Shown: in pieces, positions 18,148-28,961 of the stretch
Position numbering within the stretch: the first letter of the stretch is position 1
How the letters are laid out: every line of letters starts with the position of its first letter
Source: Aeropyrum pernix K1
Lineage (GTDB): Archaea; Thermoproteota; Thermoprotei_A; Sulfolobales; Acidilobaceae
Assembly: GCF_000011125.1 (NCBI RefSeq)
Contig: NC_000854.2
Coordinates: forward strand, 1,080,001-1,112,000
Direction: 5' to 3'
Length of the DNA stretch: 32,000 nucleotides
The notes under the pieces: generated by a model
Seen by the model: only the letters and a program-made list of their open reading frames with translations
The model's database searches: none
Told to the model about the DNA's origin: nothing
Program-made: the position numbers and the translations under genes

Positions 18148-19473
18148 CTATAGCTCCATGCCGAGCCTCCTGAGCAGGCGTTTATCGCGCTTCAGCTTCT
18201 TCATCATAGTCTTAAGGTTCTTGTAGTACACAAGAAGCTCCCTGACGTCATCCACGCTCGTACCGCTACCTATAGCTATCCTCCTCATCCTCCTCTTGTC
18301 AATGATCTCCGGCCTGTCAAGCTCCTCATATGTCATGCTCTCTATTATAGCCATCCACCTCTTCATCTTCTCCTCCCCCAGCTTCAGCGCACCCTCGTCA
18401 ATGCTAGCCAGCATGGAGGCCCCGGGTAGCATCTGGAGGACCTTTCCCAGGGGGCCCAGCTTCCTCATAGCCCTGAGCTGCCTATATATGGTGCGCATCG
18501 TTATCCTCCCCTTCAACACATCCTCGGCAGCCCTGTCAAGCTCGCCTGCCTCCTCAAGACTCTTTATCCTCTCGAGCAGGCTCTCTAAATCGCCCATACC
18601 CAGTATCCTGGCTACGAAGCGTCTGGGGGCGAAGGGCTCTAGCTCTCCTAGCGTCTCGCCCGTGCCTATGAACTTTATCCGGGCCCCCGTAACGGCGGCT
18701 GCGGTCAGGGCGCCGCCTCCGCGGGCTGTTCCGTCCATTTTCGTTACGATTATGCTACCTATAGGGGTTGACTTGTGGAACCTCTCCGCGAGGCCCATAG
18801 CCTTCTGGCCTATGCTCGCGTCTATGACTAGCGCGACCTCGTCAGGCCTCACCTTGGAGGCTATAGCCTTCATCTCATCAAGGAGCCTGGCCTCCTCGCC
18901 GTGTCCGTGGCGGCCAGCCGTGTCTACTATCACTATCTCGGCGCCGCGGCTTAGAAGATCTTCTAGACCCCTCCTGGCTATCTCGGCGGGGTCGCCCTCC
19001 CTCTCCCCGTAAAACATTGCCCCAGCCTCCTCCGCCAGCCTCTTGAGCTGCTCATAAGCACCCGGCCGGTGAGTGTCGCTGCTGACCAGGCCCACTTTAT
19101 AGCCGCGCCTGACGTAGTAGTACGCCAGCTTGCCTGCGGTCGTCGTCTTCCCCGACCCCTGTACACCCACCAGCAGAACAATCCACGGGGTCTTAGGAGG
19201 GTCGACCTGGGGCTCCTGATCACCGCCGAAAAGCTTTACCAGCTCCTCGTATACAATCTTTATCATCCAATCCCTCCTAGTAACCCCCGGGGGAGGCTCT
19301 TCCTTGAGTGCTCGCTCCTTAATCCTCCTCGTAACGTTCAACACTAGCTTCACGTTAACATCCGCCTTTATGAGCTCCCTCTGCAGGTCCTTGACGAAAG
19401 CGTCCACCGCCTTCTCGTAGACCCCTCCCCCTCTTAGGAACTTGGCTACAGCCCTTCTAACACCCTCCATCAT
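18148..19473 (-). CDS. srp54: Signal recognition particle GTPase SRP54
   Basis: G motifs GVQGSGKTTTAGKLAYYY, DTAGRHG, TKMDGTARGGGAL; M domain. Start taken as MMEGVRRAVAKFL at 19473; the track start at 19575 adds 34 residues that do not look like SRP54. Confidence 0.97.
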   Translation of the reverse strand: MMEGVRRAVAKFLRGGGVYEKAVDAFVKDLQRELIKADVNVKLVLNVTRRIKERALKEEPPPGVTRRDWMIKIVYEELVKLFGGDQEPQVDPPKTPWIVLLVGVQGSGKTTTAGKLAYYYVRRGYKVGLVSSDTHRPGAYEQLKRLAEEAGAMFYGEREGDPAEIARRGLEDLLSRGAEIVIVDTAGRHGHGEEARLLDEMKAIASKVRPDEVALVIDASIGQKAMGLAERFHKSTPIGSIIVTKMDGTARGGGALTAAAVTGARIKFIGTGETLGELEPFAPRRFVARILGMGDLESLLERIKSLEEAGELDRAAEDVLKGRITMRTIYRQLRAMRKLGPLGKVLQMLPGASMLASIDEGALKLGEEKMKRWMAIIESMTYEELDRPEIIDKRRMRRIAIGSGTSVDDVRELLVYYKNLKTMMKKLKRDKRLLRRLGMEL

Positions 19474-19515
19474 AGTCCAAGCCAACCCCAGTTTCCTAAG
19501 AGTAGCGTCTACGGG

Positions 19516-19525
19516 GGATAAAAGG
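19516..19525 (-). promoter_or_regulatory. Putative TATA box for SRP54
   Basis: CTTTTATCCC on the minus strand about 45 nt upstream of the 19473 start. Confidence 0.4.
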
Positions 19526-19674
19526 GGAGAGTAGGGCAGCGATCTTAGGGCAAATCTCAAGACTGGTGCTGGCAACCCCGGTATACACGGGGGCTGTGAG
19601 GCCGTTCCGGCGGCTCCGGAGCCGCTGGGGTTACAGCCTCGGCGGCTGTGTGGACCGCTTCGCTGGGCCGAGCT

Positions 19675-19690
19675 CCTAACCTATATTAGG
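19675..19690 (+). promoter_or_regulatory. Putative TATA/BRE region of the ribosomal protein operon
   Basis: CCTAACCTATATTAGG, about 35-45 nt upstream of the rps13 TTG start at 19724. The element is partly symmetric. Confidence 0.5.
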
Positions 19691-19723
19691 CCTTCCCCTA
19701 TGTTGGAATACAGGGATTAGGCG

Positions 19724-20176
19724 TTGGCTGGAGAGACCAGCTTCAAATATATAGTCAGGATAGCAGGCGTCGATATAGATGGAGACCTTAAGCTGCCCTA
19801 CGGTCTGGCGAGCATAAAGGGTATTGGATACACAACAGCCATGGCTGTAATCAGGATGCTGGGCCTAGACCCCGAGAAGAAGGTTGGGTTCCTCACTGAA
19901 GAGGAGATTAGAAGGCTGGACGAGGTCCTCAGGGACATAACCCAGCTAGGCCTTCCGAAGTGGCTCTACAATAGGAGGAAGGACTATGAGACGGGCAAAG
20001 ACCTCCACCTCATAGGCAGCGAGCTGATATTCTACGCCAGGAGAGACATCGAGAGGGAGATGAAGATAGGGTCTTGGAGGGGTATAAGGCACAAGTACGG
20101 GCTGAAGGTTAGGGGCCAGAGGACCAGGACTACCGGCAGGCTCGGTATGACCATAGGTGTTAGGAAGAAGAGGTAG
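19724..20176 (+). CDS. rps13: 30S ribosomal protein S13 (uS13)
   Basis: [61 protein letters not shown] start. Confidence 0.97.
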   Translation: MAGETSFKYIVRIAGVDIDGDLKLPYGLASIKGIGYTTAMAVIRMLGLDPEKKVGFLTEEEIRRLDEVLRDITQLGLPKWLYNRRKDYETGKDLHLIGSELIFYARRDIEREMKIGSWRGIRHKYGLKVRGQRTRTTGRLGMTIGVRKKR

Positions 20177-20190
20177 GCCGTAGAGGGTGG

Positions 20191-20712
20191 ATGTGGATGG
20201 GCGATCCGAGAAAGCCTAGAAAGAAGTGGGAAGGCCCAAAGCACCCTTGGATAAAAGAGAGGCTAGAGCGTGAGAGGGAGCTAATGGGCAGGTACGGGCT
20301 GAGGAACAAGAAGGAGCTCTGGAAGGCTGAGACGCTGGCTAGGAGGTTCAGGCACAGGGCCAGGAGCCTCCTCGGCCTCCCGCCAGAGGTTAGGAGAGAG
20401 GCTTCCAGGGTTCTCGTCGAGAGCCTGTACAGGATGGGTCTGATAGACAATCCGAATGTAGACATAGACGAGGTGCTGGGTATAAACGCCGAGAAGGTTC
20501 TGGAGAGGAGGCTCCAGACCATAGTGTATAAGAAGGGCCTGGCCAAGACCATATACCAGGCTAGACAGCTGGTGGTCCACGGCCACATAGCCATAGCGGG
20601 GCGGAGGGTAACCAGCCCCGGATATCTGGTCAGCAGGGAGGAGGAGAAGCTAATAGATTATGCCCCTGGAAGCCCGTTTAAGGAGAGGGCGGAGGAGGCT
20701 GCACAGGCGTAA
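20191..20712 (+). CDS. rps4: 30S ribosomal protein S4 (uS4)
   Basis: S4 domain [40 protein letters not shown], in archaeal order after rps13. Confidence 0.97.
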   Translation: MWMGDPRKPRKKWEGPKHPWIKERLERERELMGRYGLRNKKELWKAETLARRFRHRARSLLGLPPEVRREASRVLVESLYRMGLIDNPNVDIDEVLGINAEKVLERRLQTIVYKKGLAKTIYQARQLVVHGHIAIAGRRVTSPGYLVSREEEKLIDYAPGSPFKERAEEAAQA

Positions 20713-20728
20713 GAGGGGTGAGTGAGGG

Positions 20729-21130
20729 TTGGCCATGTACCCTAGGGAGCTTAAATGGGGTGTAGCCCATATTTACAGCAGCTTCAATAACACACACGTC
20801 CACATCACCGACCTTACGGGTGCCGAAACGGTAGCGAGGGTGACCGGAGGTATGGTTGTCAAGGCCGACAGGGAGAAGCCCAGCCCCTACGCGGCCATGA
20901 TAGCCGCCAGCAGGGCGGCTCAGAAGGCCATGGAGCGTGGTATAGCTGCTATACACATAAAGGTCAGGGCGCCCGGGGGGCATGGTCCCAAGACCCCGGG
21001 TCCCGGTGCTCAGGCGGCCATAAGGGCTCTAGCTAGAGCAGGCTTCATCATAGGCAGGATAGAGGATGTGACGCCGATACCCCACGACACAACTAGAAGG
21101 CCAGGCGGCAGGAGGGGTAGGAGAGTCTAG
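20729..21130 (+). CDS. rps11: 30S ribosomal protein S11 (uS11)
   Basis: [54 protein letters not shown]. Confidence 0.98.
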   Translation: MAMYPRELKWGVAHIYSSFNNTHVHITDLTGAETVARVTGGMVVKADREKPSPYAAMIAASRAAQKAMERGIAAIHIKVRAPGGHGPKTPGPGAQAAIRALARAGFIIGRIEDVTPIPHDTTRRPGGRRGRRV

Positions 21131-21197
21131 CCGCCTGCTCTCTGGCCTTGTCCTCCACTTGTTTTAGCCTTATGGTTCCGAGGTCCGTGGTTACGGG

Positions 21198-22429
<1,232 letters not shown>

Positions 22430-22458
22430 CCCTAGAGGCTAGGGGATAGTGTGGGGGT

Positions 22459-22929
22459 TTGATGCTGTTGGCCGGCGGAGAGGCTAGGGAGATTGTTGTA
22501 GACGGGTCCGGCATGATAATGGGCCGCCTGGCCAGCGTTGTAGCCAAACTCCTGCTGGCCGGGTGGCGTGTGAATGTGGTGAACGCCGAGAAGATCGTGT
22601 TGAGCGGGGATCCTAGGATGGTTGTCGAGAGTTATAGGACGACAGTACTTGGCGTGAAGAGCCACTTCAGCCATAAGTGGAGGCCCAAGAGGCCTAGAAC
22701 GCCTCAGAGGCTCTTTAAACACGCCGTAAGAGGCATGCTGCCGAAGAACAAGGCGAGGGGGAGGAGGGCTCTCGCGAGGCTCAGGGTTTATGTCGGGGTG
22801 CCCGACGAGCTTAAAGGCAGGGAGTTCGTGAGGTTCCCCGAGGCCGATGCCTCCAGGCTAAGCTCTCACTACATAGAGCTTGGTGCCGTTGCGAGGCAGC
22901 TCGGGTGGAAGGGGGGTGTTGAGAAGTGA
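22459..22929 (+). CDS. rpl13: 50S ribosomal protein L13 (uL13)
   Basis: IVVDGSGMIMGRLASVVAKLLLAG, VVNAEKIVLSGDPRMVVESY, AVRGMLPKNKARGRRALARLRVYVGVP. Confidence 0.96.
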   Translation: MMLLAGGEAREIVVDGSGMIMGRLASVVAKLLLAGWRVNVVNAEKIVLSGDPRMVVESYRTTVLGVKSHFSHKWRPKRPRTPQRLFKHAVRGMLPKNKARGRRALARLRVYVGVPDELKGREFVRFPEADASRLSSHYIELGAVARQLGWKGGVEK

Positions 22930-23399
22930 GTAGTGGGCAGGGTATGGCTGTAGAGAGGATAGTGATCTCCACAGGTAAGAGGAAAAGGGCTATAGCAAGG
23001 GCCGTTATAAGGCCTGGCAGGGGTAGGGTCTGGATCAACGGGGTGCCCCTCGAGATATACCCGATCGAGATGGCTAGGATAAAGATGATGGAGCCCCTCC
23101 TGATAGCCGGAGAGGGTGTCAGGAGCCTAGTTGACATCAGGGTTAGGGTCGAGGGTGGAGGCGTTATGGGCCAGGCCGACGCCGTTAGGATGGCTATAGC
23201 CCGCGGTCTCGTCGAGTTCTTCCGGTGCGAGGAGAGCGACGACGAGCTCTGTAGGATGATGGACAAGATAAGCAGGGACCTTAGAACGGCTTTCCTAGAG
23301 CACGATAGGACCATGCTAGTGGGGGACCCGAGGAGGACGGAGCCGGAGAAGTACATGAGGTACAGCGCCAGGAGAAGGTGGCAGAAGTCGTACAGGTGA
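22926..23399 (+). CDS. rps9: 30S ribosomal protein S9 (uS9)
   Basis: STGKRKRAIARAVIRPGRGRVWINGVPLEIYP; C-terminal DPRRTEPEKYMRYSARRRWQKSYR. Confidence 0.97.
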   Translation: MSSGQGMAVERIVISTGKRKRAIARAVIRPGRGRVWINGVPLEIYPIEMARIKMMEPLLIAGEGVRSLVDIRVRVEGGGVMGQADAVRMAIARGLVEFFRCEESDDELCRMMDKISRDLRTAFLEHDRTMLVGDPRRTEPEKYMRYSARRRWQKSYR

Positions 23400-23406
23400 C
23401 GCTGGC

Positions 23407-23640
23407 ATGCTACCGCCAGTCAGGTGTTTCACATGCGGAAGACCCCTGGGCCACCTGTGGCCCAGGTTTAGGGAGCTTGTAGCATCCGGCAAGACGCCTG
23501 GAGAGGCGCTGGACGAGCTCGGCGTAGACAGGTACTGCTGCAGGAGAACACTGTTCACCAGCGTGACATACATAGAGCACGCCGCAAAATATAGGGTCGG
23601 GATACACGTCCCTCCAGAGAGGCTTAAGATGTGGGGGTGA
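23407..23640 (+). CDS. rpo10: DNA-directed RNA polymerase subunit Rpo10 (N)
   Basis: Zinc motif VRCFTCGRPLGHLW ... RYCCRRTLFT. Confidence 0.96.
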   Translation: MLPPVRCFTCGRPLGHLWPRFRELVASGKTPGEALDELGVDRYCCRRTLFTSVTYIEHAAKYRVGIHVPPERLKMWG

Positions 23641-23648
23641 AGTGAGCT

Positions 23649-24266
23649 GTGAGCGCCCAGGTCCGGGAAACGCTAGTCCCCTCAGAACTCTACAGGAAGG
23701 CAGGCGTGATATACGGGACGCAGATATGCACGAGGTATATGAGGCAGTTCGTCCACAGGATACTGCCCGAGGGCTACTACCAGCTGGACTACCTTAAGAT
23801 CGATGAGAGGCTGGCAATGGCTGCCAAGTTCCTCTCAACGTTCGAGCCCGAGAAGATAGCCGTGGTCAGCGTTAGGATCTACGGGCAGAAGCCTGTGAGG
23901 ATGATGTGCGAGAGGGTCGGCTGCAAGGCCATCACAGGCAGGATCATACCGGGGACCTTCACCAACCCGAACCTAGAGCACTATGTAGAGCCTGATGTCG
24001 TCGTGGTTACAGACCCTAGGATGGACAGGCAGGCGGTTGTAGAGGCTAGCAAAGTGGGCATACCAGTGGTCGCCCTGGTGGACACGGATAACAGCATAGA
24101 GAACATAGATCTTGTCATTCCGGCGAACAACAGGGGCAGGAGGAGTCTAGCCCTAATCTACTGGATACTCACCAGGGAGATACTGAGGAGGAGGGGGGTC
24201 CTCAAGCCTGACGAGGACCTGGACGTGAGTTACGAAGAGTTCATGGCGAGGAAGGTGTTCAAGTAG
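23649..24266 (+). CDS. rps2: 30S ribosomal protein S2 (uS2)
   Basis: [69 protein letters not shown]. Confidence 0.97.
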   Translation: MSAQVRETLVPSELYRKAGVIYGTQICTRYMRQFVHRILPEGYYQLDYLKIDERLAMAAKFLSTFEPEKIAVVSVRIYGQKPVRMMCERVGCKAITGRIIPGTFTNPNLEHYVEPDVVVVTDPRMDRQAVVEASKVGIPVVALVDTDNSIENIDLVIPANNRGRRSLALIYWILTREILRRRGVLKPDEDLDVSYEEFMARKVFK

Positions 24267-24360
24267 CAGCTCCCCCCTTTCCTGCATTAGCCCGAGAGGC
24301 TGTTTTAGCTGTCTCGTTTCGCCGATCCCACTCCTCCTTGCCGTGCTAGCCTTGTAGCGT

Positions 24361-24813
24361 CTATTCGGGCATCCGCCTCTCGAAGACCGGTCTCCCCCGC
24401 ACCGTGGGGGGTGCTAGCCAGTCTATAACCTCCCTTACGTTGGGGTGTTCTATGGTTATCCTTATCGCGCCCATAGGGCTCTCATGGTCGCTCGAGACGA
24501 AGCTTAGCCTCCCCTTGTAGGCTGCCTGCTTGTGTAGGTGTATGGTCATCCTGTCGGCCCCCTGCACGCCCTTCTTCATCGCACCTCTCGCTGCATCTAG
24601 TATTCTCTCGGCACGCAGGATGCTGTGTAGCCTGGAGAGGCTGGCTAGGGTCGAGGATTCTCCGACCAGTATCTCGGTGGACCCTATCTTCTCGAACCTG
24701 ACACTCTCAGGCTCCACTACGTTCCTGACGGCTTTTAAAACCTTCTCCCTGTCCTCCGTCGGCCTTACCTCTGCCTCTACAGTAATCCTAACCCTGCTAC
24801 GGGTCCCCTCCAC
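24361..24813 (-). CDS. UPF0201 family protein
   Basis: VRITVEAEVRPTEDREKVLKAVRNVVEPE...VHLHKQAAYKGRLSFV-type sequence. Track start is 24861; GTG at 24813 gives MEGTRSRVRITVEAEV and less overlap with the upstream gene. Confidence 0.75.
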   Translation of the reverse strand: MEGTRSRVRITVEAEVRPTEDREKVLKAVRNVVEPESVRFEKIGSTEILVGESSTLASLSRLHSILRAERILDAARGAMKKGVQGADRMTIHLHKQAAYKGRLSFVSSDHESPMGAIRITIEHPNVREVIDWLAPPTVRGRPVFERRMPE

Positions 24814-25372
24814 AGATGGCCACCCTCGCAGCCCTTCTAGCCTCGAACTCCAGGTCCTCAAGGCTCCCAGTATTTACTATTAGATAGTCTGAGAGGGCTA
24901 AAGCCTCACCCACCCCAAGCTCTATGTTGCTCGCGTCCCTCAACTCCAGGACCTCCCACAGAGTCTCGCCAGAACGCCTCCTCCTCATAAGCCTCTCCAG
25001 CCTCTGTTTCCTCGGCGCGTATACGCCTATGATGAACACGCGCCACCCAGCGCGGGCGAGGACCTCTGCCTCCTCAACGCTTCTGAGACCGTCGAGAACA
25101 TAGGATCTTCCAGGCTCGAGCCTCTCGGCTAGAAGCTTGGCTACCGCCGCCCTCCCCAGCTCCTCCCTAAGCATTCTGGCAACCCGCTCGACGTTCTCCG
25201 GCGTGGGCTCGAGCCCCCTCCTCACAGTCTCCTCCCTAACCACGTCACCCATAACCTTGACCTCCAATCCAAGCTCCTCCGCGACAATCCTGGCTACAAC
25301 GCTCTTGCCGCTGCCTGGCAGCCCGGTTACAGCAACTATAAGCCGGTTGGGAGAGGCCAAAGCCTCCATCAC
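24797..25372 (-). CDS. UPF0200 family nucleoside/nucleotide kinase-like P-loop protein
   Basis: Walker A VTGLPGSGKSVVA, VMGDVVREE, VLDGLRSVEEAE. Adenylate kinase/dephospho-CoA kinase-like fold. Confidence 0.85.
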   Translation of the reverse strand: MMEALASPNRLIVAVTGLPGSGKSVVARIVAEELGLEVKVMGDVVREETVRRGLEPTPENVERVARMLREELGRAAVAKLLAERLEPGRSYVLDGLRSVEEAEVLARAGWRVFIIGVYAPRKQRLERLMRRRRSGETLWEVLELRDASNIELGVGEALALSDYLIVNTGSLEDLEFEARRAARVAICGGDP

Positions 25373-26616
25373 CCACGGAACTCCTCCAGGGCTCTGAGAA
25401 GCGCCTCCACATCCTCTCTAGAGTTGTAGAAGTGGATGGAAACCCTGACGCTTCCGGGCCTGACGGACGCCACTATGCCGCGGGACTCTAGGAAGCGGCC
25501 CAGCCTCTCGGGATGCCTATGCCTGAACACCACTATACCGGCCGCCATACCCCTTGGGGTGACCGTCTCTACTCCCATGTCTGTGAGGGAGTCTATGAGC
25601 CGCTTCACCAGCCTCCCGGTATGGCTGGCGTAGAGGCCGGGTGCGTCATACGCTGACAGCATCTTCAGGGATGCCTTGAGGCTTACGAAGGCTATCGCCG
25701 GCCAGGTACCCCACTCGAGCACTTTCGCATCGCTCGCCCTCCTAAACTCCCTCACGTTGAAAGGCCTGGAGAACAGGGGGTCCCCCCTAGCCATCCTCTC
25801 CATCACCGAGTCGTCAATAGCCATCCAGCCCGAGAACATTGGTTCCAGGCTAGGGAGCAGCTCTTCGGAGACGTATGCGAAGCCGCCGCCGTGAAGGCCG
25901 AGGAGCCACTTGTAGCTCCCGGTGAACGCTGCGTCGAGACCGAGCTTCTTCACATCGATGGGGTATACGCCTGCTGCGTGGAATACGTCGCTCACCATAA
26001 GCGCGCCGTGGCTGTGGGCCAGCTCGGCCAGGGTTCTGAGGTCCTCCCTACACCCTGTTATCCAGGATACCATGTCTACGTACACTATGGACGTGCTGTC
26101 GTCGATAAGCCTCTCGAACCCATCCAGGCCGACGCAGCCGTCGGAGGCCGAGGCTATCCTGACCTCGCGTATAAGCCCTCTCCTGGCCATGGCGTGGAAC
26201 GTGTAGACGCCCGTTGGGAAGTTCGTCTCGCTCACGACAACGTTGGAGTCTGGCGGGAGCTTCAGGCTAGATAGGAAGGCGTTGAGACCATATGTGACAC
26301 CGGGGACGGCTGCAACCTCCTCGACTTTAGCCCCAACCATCTGGGCGAAGAGCCTCCTAGACTCCAGTATATCATCTAGAGCTTCGCCCCAGGGCTCCCC
26401 CTCGCTATTCCACAGCTCGAGGAAGCCCTCAACAGCATCCTTTACATCAAGTGTGAGAGGCCCGGCGCCGGCAGTGTCGAGATAAACTTTTCTGGAAAAT
26501 ATGGGAATACGCTCTCTAACCTCCCTAAGCCAGGATCCGTCCAAAGCGTGCCACACCCCAGAGGCCTGAACACTATTGTAAAAGGGTTTGAGCTGGAAAA
26601 TAGTTGTCAGGATCAC
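25369..26616 (-). CDS. Class V aminotransferase / cysteine desulfurase-like PLP enzyme
   Basis: VYLDTAGAGPLTLDVKDAV, ETNFPTGVY, VSDVFHAAGVYPIDVKKLGLDAAFTGSYKWLLGLHGGGF with the PLP lysine. Confidence 0.85.
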   Translation of the reverse strand: MILTTIFQLKPFYNSVQASGVWHALDGSWLREVRERIPIFSRKVYLDTAGAGPLTLDVKDAVEGFLELWNSEGEPWGEALDDILESRRLFAQMVGAKVEEVAAVPGVTYGLNAFLSSLKLPPDSNVVVSETNFPTGVYTFHAMARRGLIREVRIASASDGCVGLDGFERLIDDSTSIVYVDMVSWITGCREDLRTLAELAHSHGALMVSDVFHAAGVYPIDVKKLGLDAAFTGSYKWLLGLHGGGFAYVSEELLPSLEPMFSGWMAIDDSVMERMARGDPLFSRPFNVREFRRASDAKVLEWGTWPAIAFVSLKASLKMLSAYDAPGLYASHTGRLVKRLIDSLTDMGVETVTPRGMAAGIVVFRHRHPERLGRFLESRGIVASVRPGSVRVSIHFYNSREDVEALLRALEEFRG

Positions 26617-26663
26617 ACTAACTCCAGTGTGCAGGCGAGTCCAAATGCATGCCGCGGCACAGC

Positions 26664-26670
26664 TTTATAA
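26664..26670 (-). promoter_or_regulatory. Putative TATA box for the aminotransferase-UPF0200-UPF0201 transcription unit
   Basis: TTATAAA on the minus strand about 50 nt upstream of the GTG at 26616. Confidence 0.45.
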
Positions 26671-26760
26671 GATCTCGTTTTCCTTACGAGTGTGGCTTGT
26701 AAAAGAGTTTTACGACAAAGCAGTCTGAAGGAAGGGTGGGACAGTGAGAGGAGGGGGGCG

Positions 26761-28695
26761 CTACATCTTCTCTAGGGGCTCGACGCCTAGGAGCCTGAGT
26801 CCCTCCCCTATGACGCTCTTCACCAGGAGAACCAGTGCAGCCTTCGCATGCCTCGCCCCCTCCCATTCCTCGTGTATCACACTATCCTTCTGATACCATG
26901 AGTTGAACATGTCGGCCAGTCTTAGAAGGTAGGATGCGAGGTCCTCTGGGGCTAGGTCGTCTGCCGCCTTGGCGGAGACGAGGGGGAAGCGGAGTGCTTC
27001 TACGAAGAGTTCCCTCCTACTACCCTCCTCTAGGCTAGCGGGATGCGCCTTCAGGTAGTCTATCTCGCCGTGCTTCTCCAATATGCTTGAAGCCCTGGCG
27101 TAGGTGTACTGGAGGTAGGGGGCAGTGTTTTCCTTCAAATCTAGTATCCTCTCCACGTCTAGGGTTATCGGCTTGAGCCTGCCGGGCCTGACCAGGGCGA
27201 ACCTAACGGCGCCGACGGCTATCTTCTCAGCAGTAGACTCTATCCAATCCCTGTCAGCACCGGGGTTTCTGGACTCGACCTCTCTCACGCTCCTAGCCTT
27301 AGCCATCTCCAGAAGCTCGTCGAGAGTCACGTACTCACCCCTCCTGCTGCTCATCCGCCTCCCGGGGAGGCTTACTATCTCGTAGTCGTAGTGCATCATG
27401 TTTAGGGCCTCCCTCCTGTACCCCAGGCCCAGGAGGGCTAGCCTTATCTGGAGCTGGGGCAGCCTCTGGTCAGCCCCAATCACATTTATAACCCTGTCGG
27501 CTCCAGTCACTCTGAACTTGTACACACTGTACGCCAGGTCTCTAGTGGTGTATAGTGTGGTGCCGTCGCTCCTCACAAGTATGAGGGGCGGTATCTCAAG
27601 GCTTCTAGGCAGCTTTATCGTGGATGCAGCCTCGGGATCTCTGGCGAGGACCTCGCGCACTATACGGGGTATGTCAAGCGCGATAGCGTCCTTGTGCGTA
27701 GTCAGGAAGGGGCTTCGCCTAGCCTCCTCTATTATCTTGTTGACGAGGCCGCTCCACAGAAGGTCGCTCTCCCAGTCCCAATCGTCGAAGTCCACGCCGA
27801 ACCTACCTAGAGTCTCCCTGAAACCCTCTAGGACTGCTGAGACCACCCCCCTTATAAGGCTCTTCTCCGGCTCCTCACCCCTCTCGTACTTCCTCATCAT
27901 CTCGGAGACGAGACCCTCAGGATCATCTAGGGATCCAACTGCCTCCAGTATCCTGTCAAAAACCTCCCTGTCACCCCTCTCCTTCAGCCTAGCCAGTGTC
28001 GATAGGGCCTCGTCAACTTTGGAGGTATCACCCCTCTTCCTGGCAGTGACAGTCTCCAGAGCGTTATGTGTAACCGCGTAGACCCAGCCGACTGCATGGT
28101 CCACCTTGACGCCCATCCTGGAAGCAAGCTCCCGGGGCGTGACTCCGGAGAGCTTAAAGCCCAGTGAGGCAACTACTGCCTGTCTTCCCACGTCGTCCAC
28201 ATAGAACCTCCTATTCACCCTATGCCCCCGAGCCTCCAGCAGCCTGGCTAGAGCATCCCCGAGGGAGGAGTTCCTGGCGTGGCCGAGATGGAGGGGGTGT
28301 ATGGGGTTCGCGCTCGTATGCTCCACAACTATGGTCTCCGGCCGGGAGGTCCTGGCGGTTGAGGGGCGCCAGCCCGAAGCGAGGAGCCTGAAGACCTCGT
28401 CACCCAACTTCTCAACGTCAAACACTATGTTGAGATAGCCTGCCTCCAGCGTTGGGGAGGCCCACGTTATCCCCCTCTCCCACAGCTTGCCCCTTAGAGA
28501 CTCCACTATAGAGTCGGCGCTGGCGTTCGAGGACCTAGCGAACCTCATGAGAGGGAAGCCCAGGTCTCCATACTCCTTCCTGGGAGGCGGGGCTAGTAGG
28601 CGCTCCACAACGCTCCTGTCCACGCCGAGGACCTCGGAGAGGTAGCTTGAGAGTATGCCGTGCAGCCTAGTCAGCGGGTCTATCGAGCTAGCCAC
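26761..28695 (-). CDS. argS: Arginyl-tRNA synthetase
   Basis: HTSANPIHPLHLGHARNSSLGDALARLLEARGH (HIGH region), TLYTTRDLAYSVYKF, GADQRLPQLQIRLAL, ALBD-like C-terminus. Confidence 0.97.
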   Translation of the reverse strand: MASSIDPLTRLHGILSSYLSEVLGVDRSVVERLLAPPPRKEYGDLGFPLMRFARSSNASADSIVESLRGKLWERGITWASPTLEAGYLNIVFDVEKLGDEVFRLLASGWRPSTARTSRPETIVVEHTSANPIHPLHLGHARNSSLGDALARLLEARGHRVNRRFYVDDVGRQAVVASLGFKLSGVTPRELASRMGVKVDHAVGWVYAVTHNALETVTARKRGDTSKVDEALSTLARLKERGDREVFDRILEAVGSLDDPEGLVSEMMRKYERGEEPEKSLIRGVVSAVLEGFRETLGRFGVDFDDWDWESDLLWSGLVNKIIEEARRSPFLTTHKDAIALDIPRIVREVLARDPEAASTIKLPRSLEIPPLILVRSDGTTLYTTRDLAYSVYKFRVTGADRVINVIGADQRLPQLQIRLALLGLGYRREALNMMHYDYEIVSLPGRRMSSRRGEYVTLDELLEMAKARSVREVESRNPGADRDWIESTAEKIAVGAVRFALVRPGRLKPITLDVERILDLKENTAPYLQYTYARASSILEKHGEIDYLKAHPASLEEGSRRELFVEALRFPLVSAKAADDLAPEDLASYLLRLADMFNSWYQKDSVIHEEWEGARHAKAALVLLVKSVIGEGLRLLGVEPLEKM

Positions 28696-28961
28696 TCTAA
28701 ATGCACACCCAGATTCAGGTCTAGACGCTGGCCTCTAAATTTTTCCCCTCCCTCGGCCAACCCTGTAAACCTCCTCAACGCCGCCACACCGCCGATGCCT
28801 ACACGCGAGTGTCTCCCAGACCTTCCACCGAGGCCGATCTATGCCGCGGAGAGGCTCTAAGCCCTCTGATCTCGCGGCCGGCTTTGAGTCTAGTTTAGAT
28901 TAAAACCCTTTCAAACCCAATACATGTTAAACAGGAGTTAATGGCTTGTCAATGTAGGTGA

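Noticed and set aside
18296-19012. 238-aa plus-strand ORF
   Set aside because: Lies fully antisense to SRP54, whose G motifs are unambiguous. Ser/Pro/Leu-rich translation typical of an antisense shadow.
19474-19575. 34-aa N-terminal extension of SRP54 in the track
   Set aside because: SRP54 proteins start at the MxxxxRxAVxKFL helix. A TATA-like box lies within the extension.
22811-23356. 181-aa minus-strand ORF
   Set aside because: Antisense to rpl13/rps9, whose products are clear.
27398-28081. 227-aa plus-strand ORF
   Set aside because: Antisense to argS; low-complexity Ser/Arg/Leu composition, no recognisable domain.
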